Shown: in pieces, positions 1 through 12,800 of the stretch
How positions within the stretch are numbered: the stretch's first letter is position 1
How the letters are laid out: the number at the start of each line of letters is the position of its first letter
Origin: Oikopleura dioica
Taxonomy: Eukaryota; Animalia; Chordata
NCBI GenBank assembly: GCA_907165135.1
Contig: OU015568.1
Coordinates: 3,720,001-3,784,000, forward strand
DNA: 64,000 nucleotides
Direction of reading: 5' to 3'
Translations under genes and position numbers: made by a program
The notes under the pieces: model-generated
What the model was told of the DNA's origin: nothing
Database searches by the model: none
Seen by the model: the letters and a program-made list of their open reading frames with translations, nothing else

Positions 1-779
1 TTACTTTTGGTACTCTCTATCCGGAATCTGTTGTTCTTGTTTCCTTTCTGTAGCCTTTCGACTAAAAATCGAAATAAAAATTGATAATAAAAAATCTTCA
101 TTAGAAAAGAATCCTTGAAACATTCGAAATCAAGCATGCCTAGAATCTGACGGTAACAGCAACGCCTGACTTTTTCAACGTGAGACAAGTGTAAATTTTT
201 ACGTACAATTTCGCAGGCAAAAGCATTTCTCCGTCACGTGTATTTGCGAAACGCGTGAGCAAGGACCGGCGCGATAAGGAAAAACTTTCCAACCGCTGTT
301 TGTTTAGAAAGAAAGTGAATTTTTTTCAACAGTTCTGAAAACTTTTCAACGATAATATTTGCCCCAAAAAAGCTGGATTCATCCTTCTTTCCGAAAAAAA
401 ACAGAAAATGTCGAAAACGATTGACAAGAATCTTTTTTTTTTTACTGAGTCGAATTTCTTTGAAAGAAAAAATCTTATGATGATTGAAATTTAATTCTGA
501 GTCCGGGTCATCACCTGATCATCAAGGAAGTTGGGTCAGTTGCGCACGTTCAAATCTGTAGAATTCTGTTCTTACGAGTTCGTAAAACTGCATCTTTGCG
601 TTACGAAGAGCGATAATAATTACGTGGTTGATAGAGCTTATCAGTGTGTTAAAACGTTGAAATCTCATGGCTATCGACCACGAAATTCAACGAACGAAAT
701 GCGATATGCATTCATTTCAAATAAGTTTTGTAAATCAAATTTTTGAAAAACAAGAGAGGATACCCTTAAATATTGTATT

Positions 780-3524
780 TTAAAAAGATGAACTTGGTGG
801 ATCAGTTTCAATACTTTCGACATCAGAACTTTCTCTTTTTTCATATTTTTTCTTTCTAAAGAATTCAGAAACTTTCTTATGAATCCTTGCTGACAGTATT
901 AAGCGTAATTTCACAGCGCAGAAGGCAAGAAGTCGTAAAGCCGCGTAAAACACCAGTAAGACCATCCAATCTCTTGTAAGGTCGTTGCTCGTGATCTCGC
1001 GATTTTCAAGGACTAGGAGCGGAGAGTTACAGTCGGGAACTGAGCAGGTTGGCCAATCGCAAGGAGGATTGATGGAGGGAGCAGGGTTACTGGAGTTTGA
1101 CGGTTCTTCAGAGGATTCTTAGTCGAGAGTTCGGAAATAAGCCTTTTATCAAACCTCAGTTTCAACCGCATTTTATCATTTTTTTCACTTCTAACTGAAA
1201 TTAAGTCCTCCTTATTACTCCTTCCTGGGCAAAAAAGCGGAGCTCTCGGTGGAACTTGGTAAAATGTCCCGTAAATTGAAATCACCAGCGCGTCGAATGA
1301 GTAAAACCCGTATGAGGTGTACGAAATCCAACGTAAGTATTTAACGATGTTCTTGACGGGCACGAAAAATCCAGCGAAAAGAAGCACTGGTATACAAGCC
1401 AAAGGGCCGATGAAAGATGAGGACTAAAATCACAAAGTTCAACTGCTGTCGGAGCTACTGTACCTCGACTGAAGGAGCCACGGCGCCGATGAGAAGCCCC
1501 ATTGACGCGGAAACAAGAGAGTTGATGATACAAATCGTCGAAAACATGAAAAAACGAGCAGGAGATTGAACTTGCGATGTCATGAAATAAGAAATAACAA
1601 GGTAGATGTAGTCGAAGATAATTTGAAAAGGAAGCTCAGCCAGTGTTATAGCCAGGAAATACGGGCCCACGTTGTACCAGCGATTGCGTACTTCCCGCAT
1701 CATTACGGATATTTCTAAAAACACTGTGTTTTCAAATTGGTCAACTTGATAAGGTATCAATGGTTATCCCTCATTAATTGATAACAGCTTAAGTCTGGGC
1801 TCGGCAACCTGTGTACAAAACCTGAGTCAGGGTCTGAAAGCGGCTTTTTATTGAAGATCTTTCAGAACCTGACTCAGGTTTTCTACTCAGGTTTCCGAGC
1901 CTAGGACCCATAAAATAGGGGTTTATGCAGCACTATAGTTTCTGTTTATCTACTCACGGATGGGGAAAACAAGCAAGGATGGCATGATTGCAGAAAATTG
2001 AAGAAACAACAAGGAAATAAAAATAAAAGCAAAGTTGTCCAAAGTTTTGTCCGCATCGTTTCCAATTTTGTAATAAAGACCTCCGAAGAGAAGGCCAACA
2101 AGTGCGTGAGAAACGAATCGCAAATGGAAGACAAAGGCATTTCTGTAGATGATTTTGAACTGGCGGCGGAGGAGAATTGCAAATTGTTTGTAGAGTGGGC
2201 ATTGGTAGCAGTTTTGGGCGGAGAGCTCTTTTTCGACAGTGGATTTCATTCGGGAGAGTTGTGGAGGGTCTGGAGTTTGAAGAGGTCTAGGGTTGGGTAT
2301 GGAGATTCCATCAGATGCTAGCTCAATGACATAATCAGCTGGATTGAAGTAGGTCGGGATTTGGATTTTTGCAGCTTCCATGGCAGGAACTAATGAGCTA
2401 ACAGGACCTTTTTGGTTTAGATAAAGAATATTTTTGATAAGGGGGGCGTTTCATCGGAAACTTGACCCGTAAATTTTACTCATAGACAAAGTGAACTCGA
2501 GTCGTAAATTTCCGTTACGTAACAGAACAAAAATTAGGTCATGATTTTAAAATCATGTTTTTTCTTCCTTGATTTCATTTGAACTTATCAAAACCATCCT
2601 GAAAACACGGATTTTTTCCTCCCAATTACATAAAGATCATCAAATATATTAAACAGTCTAAATGGCGCCTGAAGATTTATTCTAGCGCTTTCTAAATCAC
2701 AAAAGTTCACTCGATCGTGACCGCGAACAATATTTAATTTCCTGGCGCGTTTCCTGCTACTCGGCTGGTGAATAGAACAGACGATTGTTCGACCGGCAAG
2801 GGCGAGATTCTTGAGCAAAGAAATGACCTGTAGACTGGAGACGGCGTCTATTATTATTGGTCGGAAAGTTATTGAACGAAAAAAGCGTTGTAGGAAGAGA
2901 CCAGTTCCTAGGCCACTTGTTGGCTCGTCGAAAAACATGACAGGCGGATTGTTAACAAGTTCGAGCCCAATCGCCAGTCGCTTTTTCTGCCCACCTGTGG
3001 AGATCATTTTCACCTGATTCGTAATTTGTAATCTTTGTAATCTTACCTGATAAGTTCTTCGTAAGAGTCTCTCTCTCATCCATCAATCCTAACTGCTCAA
3101 TTATCTCCCTCACTCTCTCACAATTTTTCGGAGAGGGATGACATTTCAGATCGCTTGCGACCCGCATGGACTCTTCTACTGTCAGATATTCTTGCAATTT
3201 GTCTTCTTGCATGATATAAGCCGAAATTTTCTTGAAAATCTTTGAGTTTTTCGTCGCCCCATTTATTAGAATTTCTCCAGTAATACCAGTATTGATTCGG
3301 TCGCCTAAAATGTCCAAAAGTGTAGTTTTCTCGGCTCCGGAGGGTCCCATAATAGCGCATAGCCTTTTTGGTCGCAAAGATCCTTGAAATCAAAAAAAAA
3401 AATTATCCCAAATTAGAAAATTACCATTTATTTTGTCCAAAATCTTCTTTTTCCTTCCGCTTGAATTGATTGAATAGCTCAAGTCTCTGAATTGTACCAA
3501 GATCTCTTTTCTTGATTCGAACAT
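780..3524 (-). CDS. ABCG (white/ABCG1-like) half ABC transporter, multi-exon
   Basis: ATG 3524 ([19 protein letters not shown]). Spliced motifs: Walker A GPSGAEKT, signature [12 protein letters not shown], Walker B/D-loop [13 protein letters not shown]-loop SIHQPS, then ABC2 membrane domain ([28 protein letters not shown]). Stop at 780. Confidence 0.9.
1795..1904. mobile_element. 110-bp palindromic MITE, CTGGGCTCGG family, copy 1 (inside an ABCG intron)
   Basis: CTGGGCTCGGCAACCTGTGTACAAAACCTGAGTCAGGG...CCTGACTCAGGTTTTCTACTCAGGTTTCCGAGCCTAG; near-complete inverted repeat, homologous to 25074-25181 and 61820-61917. No clear TSD at this copy. Confidence 0.85.
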
Positions 3525-3801
3525 TTTCACAATAAAATAAATAAATATTTCTTCGGGTCTTCCTAGAGAGTGACTAATTCACGACCGTAATATTCATAAA
3601 ATGGTATGGCCGCGGTAAATTTAAATCAGAAAAGCTCTGCTTCCCTCGTTTTGTTCTTAGTCAGCAAGAAAAGTGAGTTGAAAGAATGCGGGACAATAAG
3701 CCGAACTGAATATTGTTTTATGCTTGATTGCTCCGTATTATTCGATGTGCTAGAGCACGTGAGAAAACATACGAGGCTTTGAGTTCTTAAAATATTTCAA
3801 T

Positions 3802-6800
3802 TTATTCGGAATCAGAAGAAGGAATATACAGAACAGCATCGCTATCCTCGCTGGATTTCGTCGAGTTAAAATCGTCACTTTTCAAAAGCTGATTTGACTC
3901 ATCCTTTTTGTAGTCAATAACGGTCTCGATTTCGGTCTCATTTTCAGAATCTCGCGGAACACAAGTATATTCGGAATCCGACCTTTTTTGAGCTTCATTT
4001 GGTTTCTAAATTTCAATGGAAAAAATTTCTTGAAAGCCATTCCTAGCAGTATAAACTGACGTCTCATCAATGCTCGAAGTTGAGTTAGAAATATTAATCG
4101 AAACTGGTCTCATTGCTCCATATTTCACCATCGCGCACGCCTCCGCCGATCCATGAATATTATCCGCCGTCAAAATATACTTCCCAAGAACATCGACCAT
4201 TCTCGTGTTCGAGTCCAAAATCATTTTTGACTTGTACCAGCGAATCTGTGGCTTGGGTATTCCAGCTACAACGGCGCGGAGTTGAAAAGGTTTGCCTTCA
4301 AAGAAATCGACATTTGTTGGTGGAATGATGATTCGAGGAGCGAGTTGTGGGTCCATGTGGTTGGCTAGTTCCTCGATGTTGGTTGTGCTGACGCTGTGTT
4401 TGTCGATTGTTAGGGTTGACTAAAAACAATAACGATTTTATTCATATCTTATGATTTTTACCTGAACGACAAAATGCTGTTTACTGAGCTGCATAAATCC
4501 TCCAATTACTTCATCAAGCTCCGCAAACAAATCCGCATTGATCTCTTCTTCCTCCAATATCCCAAATCTTTCCAAACTCGCCGTCAAATCTTCAATACTC
4601 CTTGCTTTTTCGAGCGACATTTGTTCCTTGCGATTTATCAAATCGTCGCACATTTCGCAAATACTGTCGAGGGACTGGATGATTTTGAGTTTTCCCAGGC
4701 TTCTTGGCCGGGCGGGCTTTTTGGAGTTCTTAGGGAGAGCGTCAGGGGAGTCGGAATGGATGGTTTTTGTGGTGTCGATTGATGATTCGGAGCTTTTGTG
4801 AGATCTATTTAGCTGTAAATAATAAACGTTTCGAATGCTTTTATTTTAACGTTCAAAGATTAGGTATTATAAAAAAAAAACTAAATTCCTGATACTTATT
4901 CGGCTTCTATGGTTTTCAAAAAAAAAAATAAATCCCTTTCACAAATACTTTGATAACTTTCTTTTCTCTTCAAACTCTCGGCTGTATCTCGCAGGACTTC
5001 AATAATTGCCCTCTCTTTCGAAAACAATGAATATTAATATTAAATGCATCCTGCAGAATCGATACTTCAATTGTTATTTATCAATTCAAAGCCCAATCAA
5101 AGCAATTTAAAAAGTCAAAAACCACAGAATTTTTGAGCAAGAAGGATTTTCTCCAAGACGCCGCCAACAACAAAGACTCTTTCTCTTCCATATTTTGTAT
5201 TTTTTTTTCTATTTACAGTGAGTTTATTTACAGAAGATCTTCATTTACAGCTAGTGCTTCGTATACAGAATTGCTGGAACAGGATTTGTAGCTGAAATTG
5301 TGTCTAGAGACAATTTCTAGAGCCTTTGAAAGAATCTAGAGAGTGATTTTTGGTGGGAAATTGTGATTGTAGTGATGACTGTGTTTGATGGAGGCGTGAT
5401 GGAGGTGTTAGAGAGAAACAACAGACACACGTGATCAGGAAGGCACTCTACTTGCCGATGACTGTAACTGTACATTGGGACATTACTTCACCCGAAGCGG
5501 ATTTCGCGATGACCCTGGAAAGATGGTTTCTATGATATTTTAACTCATTCTCGAACCTGTAAGTTCCCTGATCGGCCTTTTTCGCAGCCCTGACGAAAAG
5601 TGAATAGACCCCACTTTTCGAGGCAAGGATCAAGTCATCTGAGCTCTGAATGTTCTTCCTGTCTTTCATCCAGATCACGTGAGGAGTAGGCTGGCCGGAG
5701 ATGGTGCATTTGAGCTCGAATGGCTCACCGATGCGGACCATGGCCGTTTCGAGCTCTTTTGTGATTTGTGGAGCTCCGGTAGAGCGTGCTGGTGTGAGAA
5801 AATGAGTGATGAAGAATGGAGGGATGAAGATATGAGGTTTTTACCTGGTCTTGTGAACTGAGAAAGCATGGCTCTCCTCAACTCCGCCTCAATGTCCTTG
5901 CACCAAATGTCGCACTGGCCGATGGAGGAGCATTCGAAAGCCATCCTGAAAACCTCAATTTGAGGGTAAGGGTTTGAGAAAACCTTTCGAGTTTTGCATG
6001 ATCATGAGTGACGATTTCAAAAGCAGCAGGGTTCCCACCAAATCCTCGAGAAATTTGCGTATTCTGGAAATGGACTGCTTTGACGAATTGATATCCAGAT
6101 TTGTCAGGGTCTCGGCGACAAATTGCTTTTTCATGTTTTCACAAAAATGAAAAACCATAATTTTTTTCAAAACTTTTTTTTAATTTGAAATTAAAATGAT
6201 CAAGTTCTTTCGAAAAAACTAAAAAATTTTTTGCTAATCTATCGATGTTATCGCCGATCGGTAAGATTTCTTGTTTTAACAATTCCTAGTCTTCCAGGAA
6301 ACAAGAACAAATATCTTGCATTGTCCGATGAGTTGTCCGATGAATAGATATCCGCAGCGATTCTAGAGGCGCTCAGCTTCGTCAATTTTCCTTGTCGCTC
6401 AGGACAGCCCCAAACGTTCGCATCCATCGGGGAGTTCTCGATATGTCCCCACATGAGCAGCAAATCTGCTCGATGTAACATCAGCGCAGTAGCATCGAGA
6501 GCATCGATAAGAATGGAAGCTTCGGCGGCAGAGGCTCGTCGAAGGAGTGCTTTTAGGTGGACAAGCCAGCCCATGAGATGGCCCTTGATCTTTCGAAGCT
6601 CAAATAATTCTGATTTCGAGAGCATGGATTGCTTGAGCTCGATTTGAGCGATGAGATGTGAATGAGCGGCGAATTCCAGTGGCTCCATAGCTATTGAGAG
6701 TCATTATTTGAAAGCTAAAGAAAATGTCCTAATAAAATTCCCCAGAATCCACATAAGATTATATGATTGAAATCGGTACTTTATCATAGGAAAAGTTTAT

Positions 6801-9800
6801 AAGAAGCTATCGAAAAACTTACTTATGGTTTTCAGAATAAATTATTCTGAATAATTTATGTGTCTGAAATTTTCAGACTCTTTCCTGAAAGAAGCAAATC
6901 CGCATCGACAATCGAGTCCTGCAGCGCTCCATAAAGTGCTGTTCTTGAATTCATCACTTGATCTAACAAGACTTTCAGCTCCGGATCATTGAGAGTCAGT
7001 CGATTCATTGATTTCTTGAGCTCTGATTCTTGCCACGCGAGCTGACGATAGATCGTGGTTGGGTTGTCATCGCGACTAGTCGGTTGGAATTCAGAAAGAC
7101 GCCATGGCTTGATTCCGCCAGTGTGTTTCGAACCGTCGCGAGTTTCGACTTGGACTTCCCACCAATCGCCAGAATGCTTTTCTTTGACGGTGACGATCTA
7201 AAAACCATAAAACTCAGATTTTTTTGAAAAAATAAAACTTTTCTACTCGTATTTCAGATGATTTGATTAACTTTACCTAACGAATCACAGTATTGTAGAT
7301 GATTGCCATGATTCATTTAATGATAGTTATCATGTTCATGATTATCCGGTAATGATTCAAGAAAAAGACTTGATTGAATTAAAGTAAATTAATATTACCT
7401 GACCCTTCTTCCACTGGATATTTTCCTCAGCATGATCAACTACAATTTCAAACAGTTCTGGCTGATCATTTCGCTTCGTCTCAATCTTTGTAGTCTTCCT
7501 CAATTTCTGCGCTTTTTCAGATTTTCGTCTGAAGCTTCCTTCTTCGTAAACCTCTTCGTACGAAGCTTTGGAGCCATCAACCTTGAGGCCTTCTTTTATG
7601 ATGACATCGGACTCGCTGAAGCTTGTCTCCTCGCGAACCAAGACAACGGTCTTCTTGGAGATCTTAGTTCCTCCGGCGGACGCGGTACAGACGTAAGTTC
7701 CAGAAGTGGCATCAGTGACTGAATCGATGAAGAGTTGAGCAGTGGTAACTCCGTTTTTGTATGTCATTTCGCCCTCGAAATACTCAGCTGAGCCTTCGAG
7801 ATCCCATTCAACATACTCAGCACGCCCTTGAATTTCGTGCTCAATTGTTAAGGATTCTCCATATTCTGCTTCGAGAGTTTTTCTTGCTTTTTCAGAAGTT
7901 TCAGCTTCGTCCTTGAATTGGAGGTGATAAGCATGTTCAGCTTGAGCCAAGACAGCTTGAGCATCGAGATATTCTTCTTTATTCGGCTCTAGTTCCATGA
8001 CAACCTTAAATTTAATCAAATCTCTGAAAAGAGAAAAAACCAACCTTGAAAGCGGCTGCTTGGGCACCATAATCATTTTCAAGAACGAGGCCATAAGTTC
8101 CTGCATGCTCAGCCTTCGCATTATCAATGATAAGACTGGTTGATTCTTCAGTAGTCTTCACTACCGCCTCGACAGGCAATCCTCCTTCTCGAACCCAGGT
8201 CGCTTTTGGAGCAGGTTTGCCAGTGAACTCGACGGAAATGTTGATACCTTCATCAACATTGACAACGACTTCTTCATAATTGCCCTGCTCAACTTCGGTT
8301 TTGACGAGTTCGAAATGAGAGGTGAAGGATTTGGTTGTGTGGACATCGATTTCGACAGTTTCGATGACGTTTTCAGCCTCAGCGACGTCGATTTTGACTT
8401 CTGATTTGAGTTTTTCGTCGCCAACATTGACACTCGCCCAAACTCCTAAAAATAAAGTATTTCCTTAATTTAGGCTTGACAGGTAAACAAAGCGCTGCTC
8501 GTGATAATTGCTGTTGTTCGGGGTGACGATTTTGATAAAAAGACTCTAGCTCATAGTTAGACAAAAATGTTATGGTTTTTCAGAAATCTTTCTAGAGATA
8601 CCTTCATTTCTGTTCTCAGTCTCTTCATCTGAAGAAGCGTCAGAGAGCACAGATTCCTCATCCGACTCTGTCTCATCTCCATCTGACAAAATATCATCAT
8701 CCGAATCCGGCACATCAAGGTGCACCCTTGCAGGAAGAGGACTCAAAGTTGGCAAGGGACTTCTAGCAATCGACTCAATTTCTTTGACGATATCTTCTGG
8801 TTTTCGTTTTCGGACAAGGTCTAATGAGGGTGAATCTGTCTTGCCATCTCCAGCCTCAGTGATGATTCTAGCAAGTCCTGGAGTAGGAGCACCACGCATT
8901 GAAGTCGCACGAGATGGAGTCGGGGACGCAATTTGGTCACGAATATGAGTTGGGAGGTCTGGAAGAGGCTTGAAACCTAGCGATGTGAATTCGCCAATGT
9001 CGACCTCCGATTCTTCGTCGGAAAGAATGCTTCCATCTATATCGCTATCAGTAGCATCTGATAAGAGATCTTCTGATTCCGTGTGAGTATGAGAAGCGGG
9101 AACTCGTTCTTCAATTTCAATAATTTCGACAATCTCTTGATAAGTATGAAATTCTGGTTTCTTCGCTGGAACAACTTCGATAGACGCCAATTCCATCGAA
9201 GCCCGGTGATGTCTTCCGGCAGAGTATTCATCCTCGGCGCTGTCTTCGTCAGAGTCAGCAAGGACGTTCGCGATATATGCGTCTGCATCGAAGCTTGGGA
9301 GATGTTTGACATCATCGACTTGCAAGAAAGCGGTGGTGATGACGTCTGATCCTTCGATTTGACATTGATAAGAACCTTCATCGAACTTGTCGATATCATA
9401 GATCTCCATGTGGTACCATCGTTTATCAGTCCTGATTTTATATTTCTCGCCATTTTCGAGGACTTTGCCGTCCTTCGACCAAGTCACGTGGACGTTTTCT
9501 TCTTCAAGCATGACGGAGAAAGTATGATGTCCTCCTGGTTTCGCCAATGTCTTTTCATCGAGCTCGAGAGAGATTTCTGGAACTTCAATGTCCAAATTGG
9601 CGGAGCAAATATTCTCAGTGTTCATTATCAACGCACTGTACTCGCCCTTGTCATCTTGCACTGCATTGTCAATTTCTAGAGTGTGGACACAATCGTCCCA
9701 GGAGATCTTGTATCGGTCGGAATCAGGAAGTTCGACACCGTTTTTCATCCAAATGACATTGACATCTGGCTTTTCGACATTGCAAGTGAATTTGATATTT

Positions 9801-12800
9801 TCACCGAGTTTTCCTTTTTGACTTTCGAATTTCACAGAGAAGTCAGCAGGGCGTTTGGTGACTTCGAGAATGCACTCGGTCGTAAAGTCGCCAACTTTGC
9901 ACATGTACAAGCCGGATTGATCTAGCCTGGCCGAGATGATTTCAAGTTTTCGGCGAACACCGTCGGATAGATTCAAATATTCCTTGTTCGACGGGCCAAA
10001 TTCTATCAAATCAGATTCGTGGTACCATTCACATTGTTCTTGCTCTTCAGTGAGGGTGAATTTGCATTCCAGTTTTGGTCGATCGCCTTCATAGCAGGAA
10101 ATAGCGCTGGGAAGATGCTTGGAGACCTTGAGTGGCACCCATGGAATCAGAGGATCGGTAGTGATCGAAGCTGCTGCGGAGCCATGAGCAGTGACTGCTT
10201 TGACGCGGAATCGATGCTCGACTCCTCCTTCCAAATCCTCGATTTTCGTCGAATTTGTAGTGATGAGATCGGGGCCGATTGGCGCCCATTTTTCCTCCTC
10301 GACTCGGCATTCAAGCTCGTATCCAATAATTGGAAGCGTTCCAGGATTTTCGGGAGCATCCCACTGCAAAATTGCCCAATCGTGCTTGTTCTTGACGACT
10401 CGTAAATGTTTTGGTGGCGCTGGTGGTACATAAACGAGAAGTTTGGCTTCTGTGGCGGCATCTCTCGCTTTGAATTTGACAACAGAATGAAGCATTTCTT
10501 CCTCAACTCGAAGAACAGTGAATGAGTGGATGTAGTCGTCCTCGATGTTGAATGCAAATCGATCATCATCTGAAGAAACTGGCTCATCGTTCCAGAACCA
10601 GGTGACTTCTTCGGGCTTGATATTGTCGAGGGAAACAGCAGTCTTGAACTCTGCCTTGGAATTAAGTTCTGCAGTGAGTGATTGCAGTGGTTCGACAATC
10701 TCCGTCTTCCATGGAATCACCCGAAGCATAGCGTGGCTGGCGCAATCCTCACACTCGACGCAGTAAAGACCTGAATCTTCCTCGGTCGGGTTCTTGACTG
10801 TAAGATGCCAGGTGAGATCATCCACGCGAGTCGCAACAAATCGGTTTCCTCGGAGAATTCTGTTGTCTCTCGACCAGGTGGCCTTGACATCAGCTCTGGA
10901 GAACTTGACTTCGAAGTCGACTGAATCAACGCTGTCAAGAACCTTGAGAGCTTCAAGAGGAGTAGTGACGACTGCAGGTTCTCGTTTGACATGAACCTTA
11001 GCAGTGCAAGTGGCCCTGCCATTATGAGCGTCGAAGGAATACATTCCCTGGTCGGAGTTCTTAGCCTGCTCGACCTGGAGAACATATCGAACTCCCTCAG
11101 GTGGTCCCCCAGGTTCGCCAGCCGCGACTCTGATGAATTGAAAGTGTTCGCCGCCGAGGATTGGATATCCGTCTTTTCTCCATTGAATATGTGCTTTTGG
11201 ATTGGAAACAACGACTGAGAGGCAGAATTGTTTTCCTTCCTTGATTTGCAAATCCGTCGGTCCAGAAAGAATATCCACCTCGAGTTCCTTCATGCTGACC
11301 GCAGAAAAGGTGAACTTCTTGCCACATCTGAAGCCATATTTTCCAGCAGTATCATATTGAGCCTTGGCGACAATAAGTCGGTGAACGCCACCTTCGATTT
11401 CATATTTGAACATTTCGCCAAGTCTGATTGGCTCATCTTCGAAGGTCCATTCTCCCTCCAACTTATCCATTGTAAGTTCGCACTCGAGCGTGAATGGATC
11501 GTCTTCAATTGCTTCCAGATCATCCAATCGTCGCTTGAATTTGATCGGTCGTTCTTTGGCCGTTACCTTACAGATCGAGCTACAGTTCTTGGAAACAACA
11601 AATCCAAGAACACCAGTTTCTTTTATATTCGCAACCGTTATTCTGTGCTCCTCATGCTCTCTGAACAGCTCCACTTCTCCGGGCACAGCTTCAAGATGCT
11701 GATGGTCCCATTCCCAGATACCCCCAGCGTCGGCGACGGACAAACGGATTTTGGCACTGATGCTGTCTCCAACAAAGCATTCAATGTCTTCCAGTTGCTC
11801 GATGAATTTTACTTCCGGTTTCTGGACGTAGACTTCGCAGGTCGTTCTGCGCATATCAGGAGTGACGCATGTGTAGTAGCCTTCATGTTGCATCGCAGCA
11901 GAATGAATGACCAGCTGTCGGATGGTATCGGTGGCCAGGGCATGAATATCTGGACCTTCTGATAGCGGATGGTCGTTGAACAACCACTGGACAGGAGCGT
12001 CCTCACTAATCTCGCAAGTCAAAGTCAGCTTATTCTTCATCTCAACGACAGCGTCTCTGAGAGGCGAAGTGAAGTGAATTGGCGGACGAACAACATCAAG
12101 AACTGCTTCGCTTATGAACTCGCCGTATGTAACAGCTTTGGCTTTGATGCAACCAGAGTCGGCCTCGGTGGTGTTGAAGATGAAAATTCGATGGATGGTA
12201 GAATCAGCTTCGGACTCAATTTCAATTTCTCCTGGAGAGTGGAAGAGCTCCTCGTCGTCGAGGAAAAACGCAATTTTTAGTGGCCGGGAAACTTCAATGA
12301 CGAACTCCGCAACATCGCCCTCCTCGATTTCTAGATCTTGAAGCGGATGAAGCACTTCTATTGGCGGTTTTGTCACGCCAACTTTCGCTGTTCTTTTTTC
12401 TTTGTGATTCTCGGCCCAGGCGACAGTGTACTCAGCAGTGTCATCTTCTTTTGAATTTGCAATTCGTAGTTTTCGGATGCAACCATCGACGAAAATTGTA
12501 AAATGCTTCGACTTTTCGGATATTTCTTCGCCGTTCTTGAGCCAGATAACCTTGTGCTCCGCGTGACTGATTTCACAGAACAAAACGATGCACTCCCCGA
12601 TGTAGCAGTCAACGGAGGACGGGTCTTTGATGAATCTGATAGAGATTTTGACTCAGACTCTGATACTCAGAAACCATAAATGAACTTGTAACGAGAAAGA
12701 TTCGGTTTAATCTTAACATGTTTGTTTGATAAAACCCCTCCCGGCCCTAGGAAATTTGTCGCATAATTGACAATTATTAATTACAATTATTAATCAAAGT

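Noticed and set aside
1-60. Possible terminal exon on the minus strand (RKATERKQEQQIPDREYQK*, stop at 1-3)
   Set aside because: Acceptor-like TTTTTAG is present but no upstream exon could be joined with confidence.
3897-3925. ACTCATCCTTTTTGTAGTC, loosely like the Oikopleura spliced leader as I recall it
   Set aside because: Short partial match, antisense to an obscurin coding exon, no donor or Sm site.
6248-6688. Separate nested gene inside the Ig-domain gene
   Set aside because: Its sequence fits the DH-PH junction expected after the SH3 exon of obscurin.
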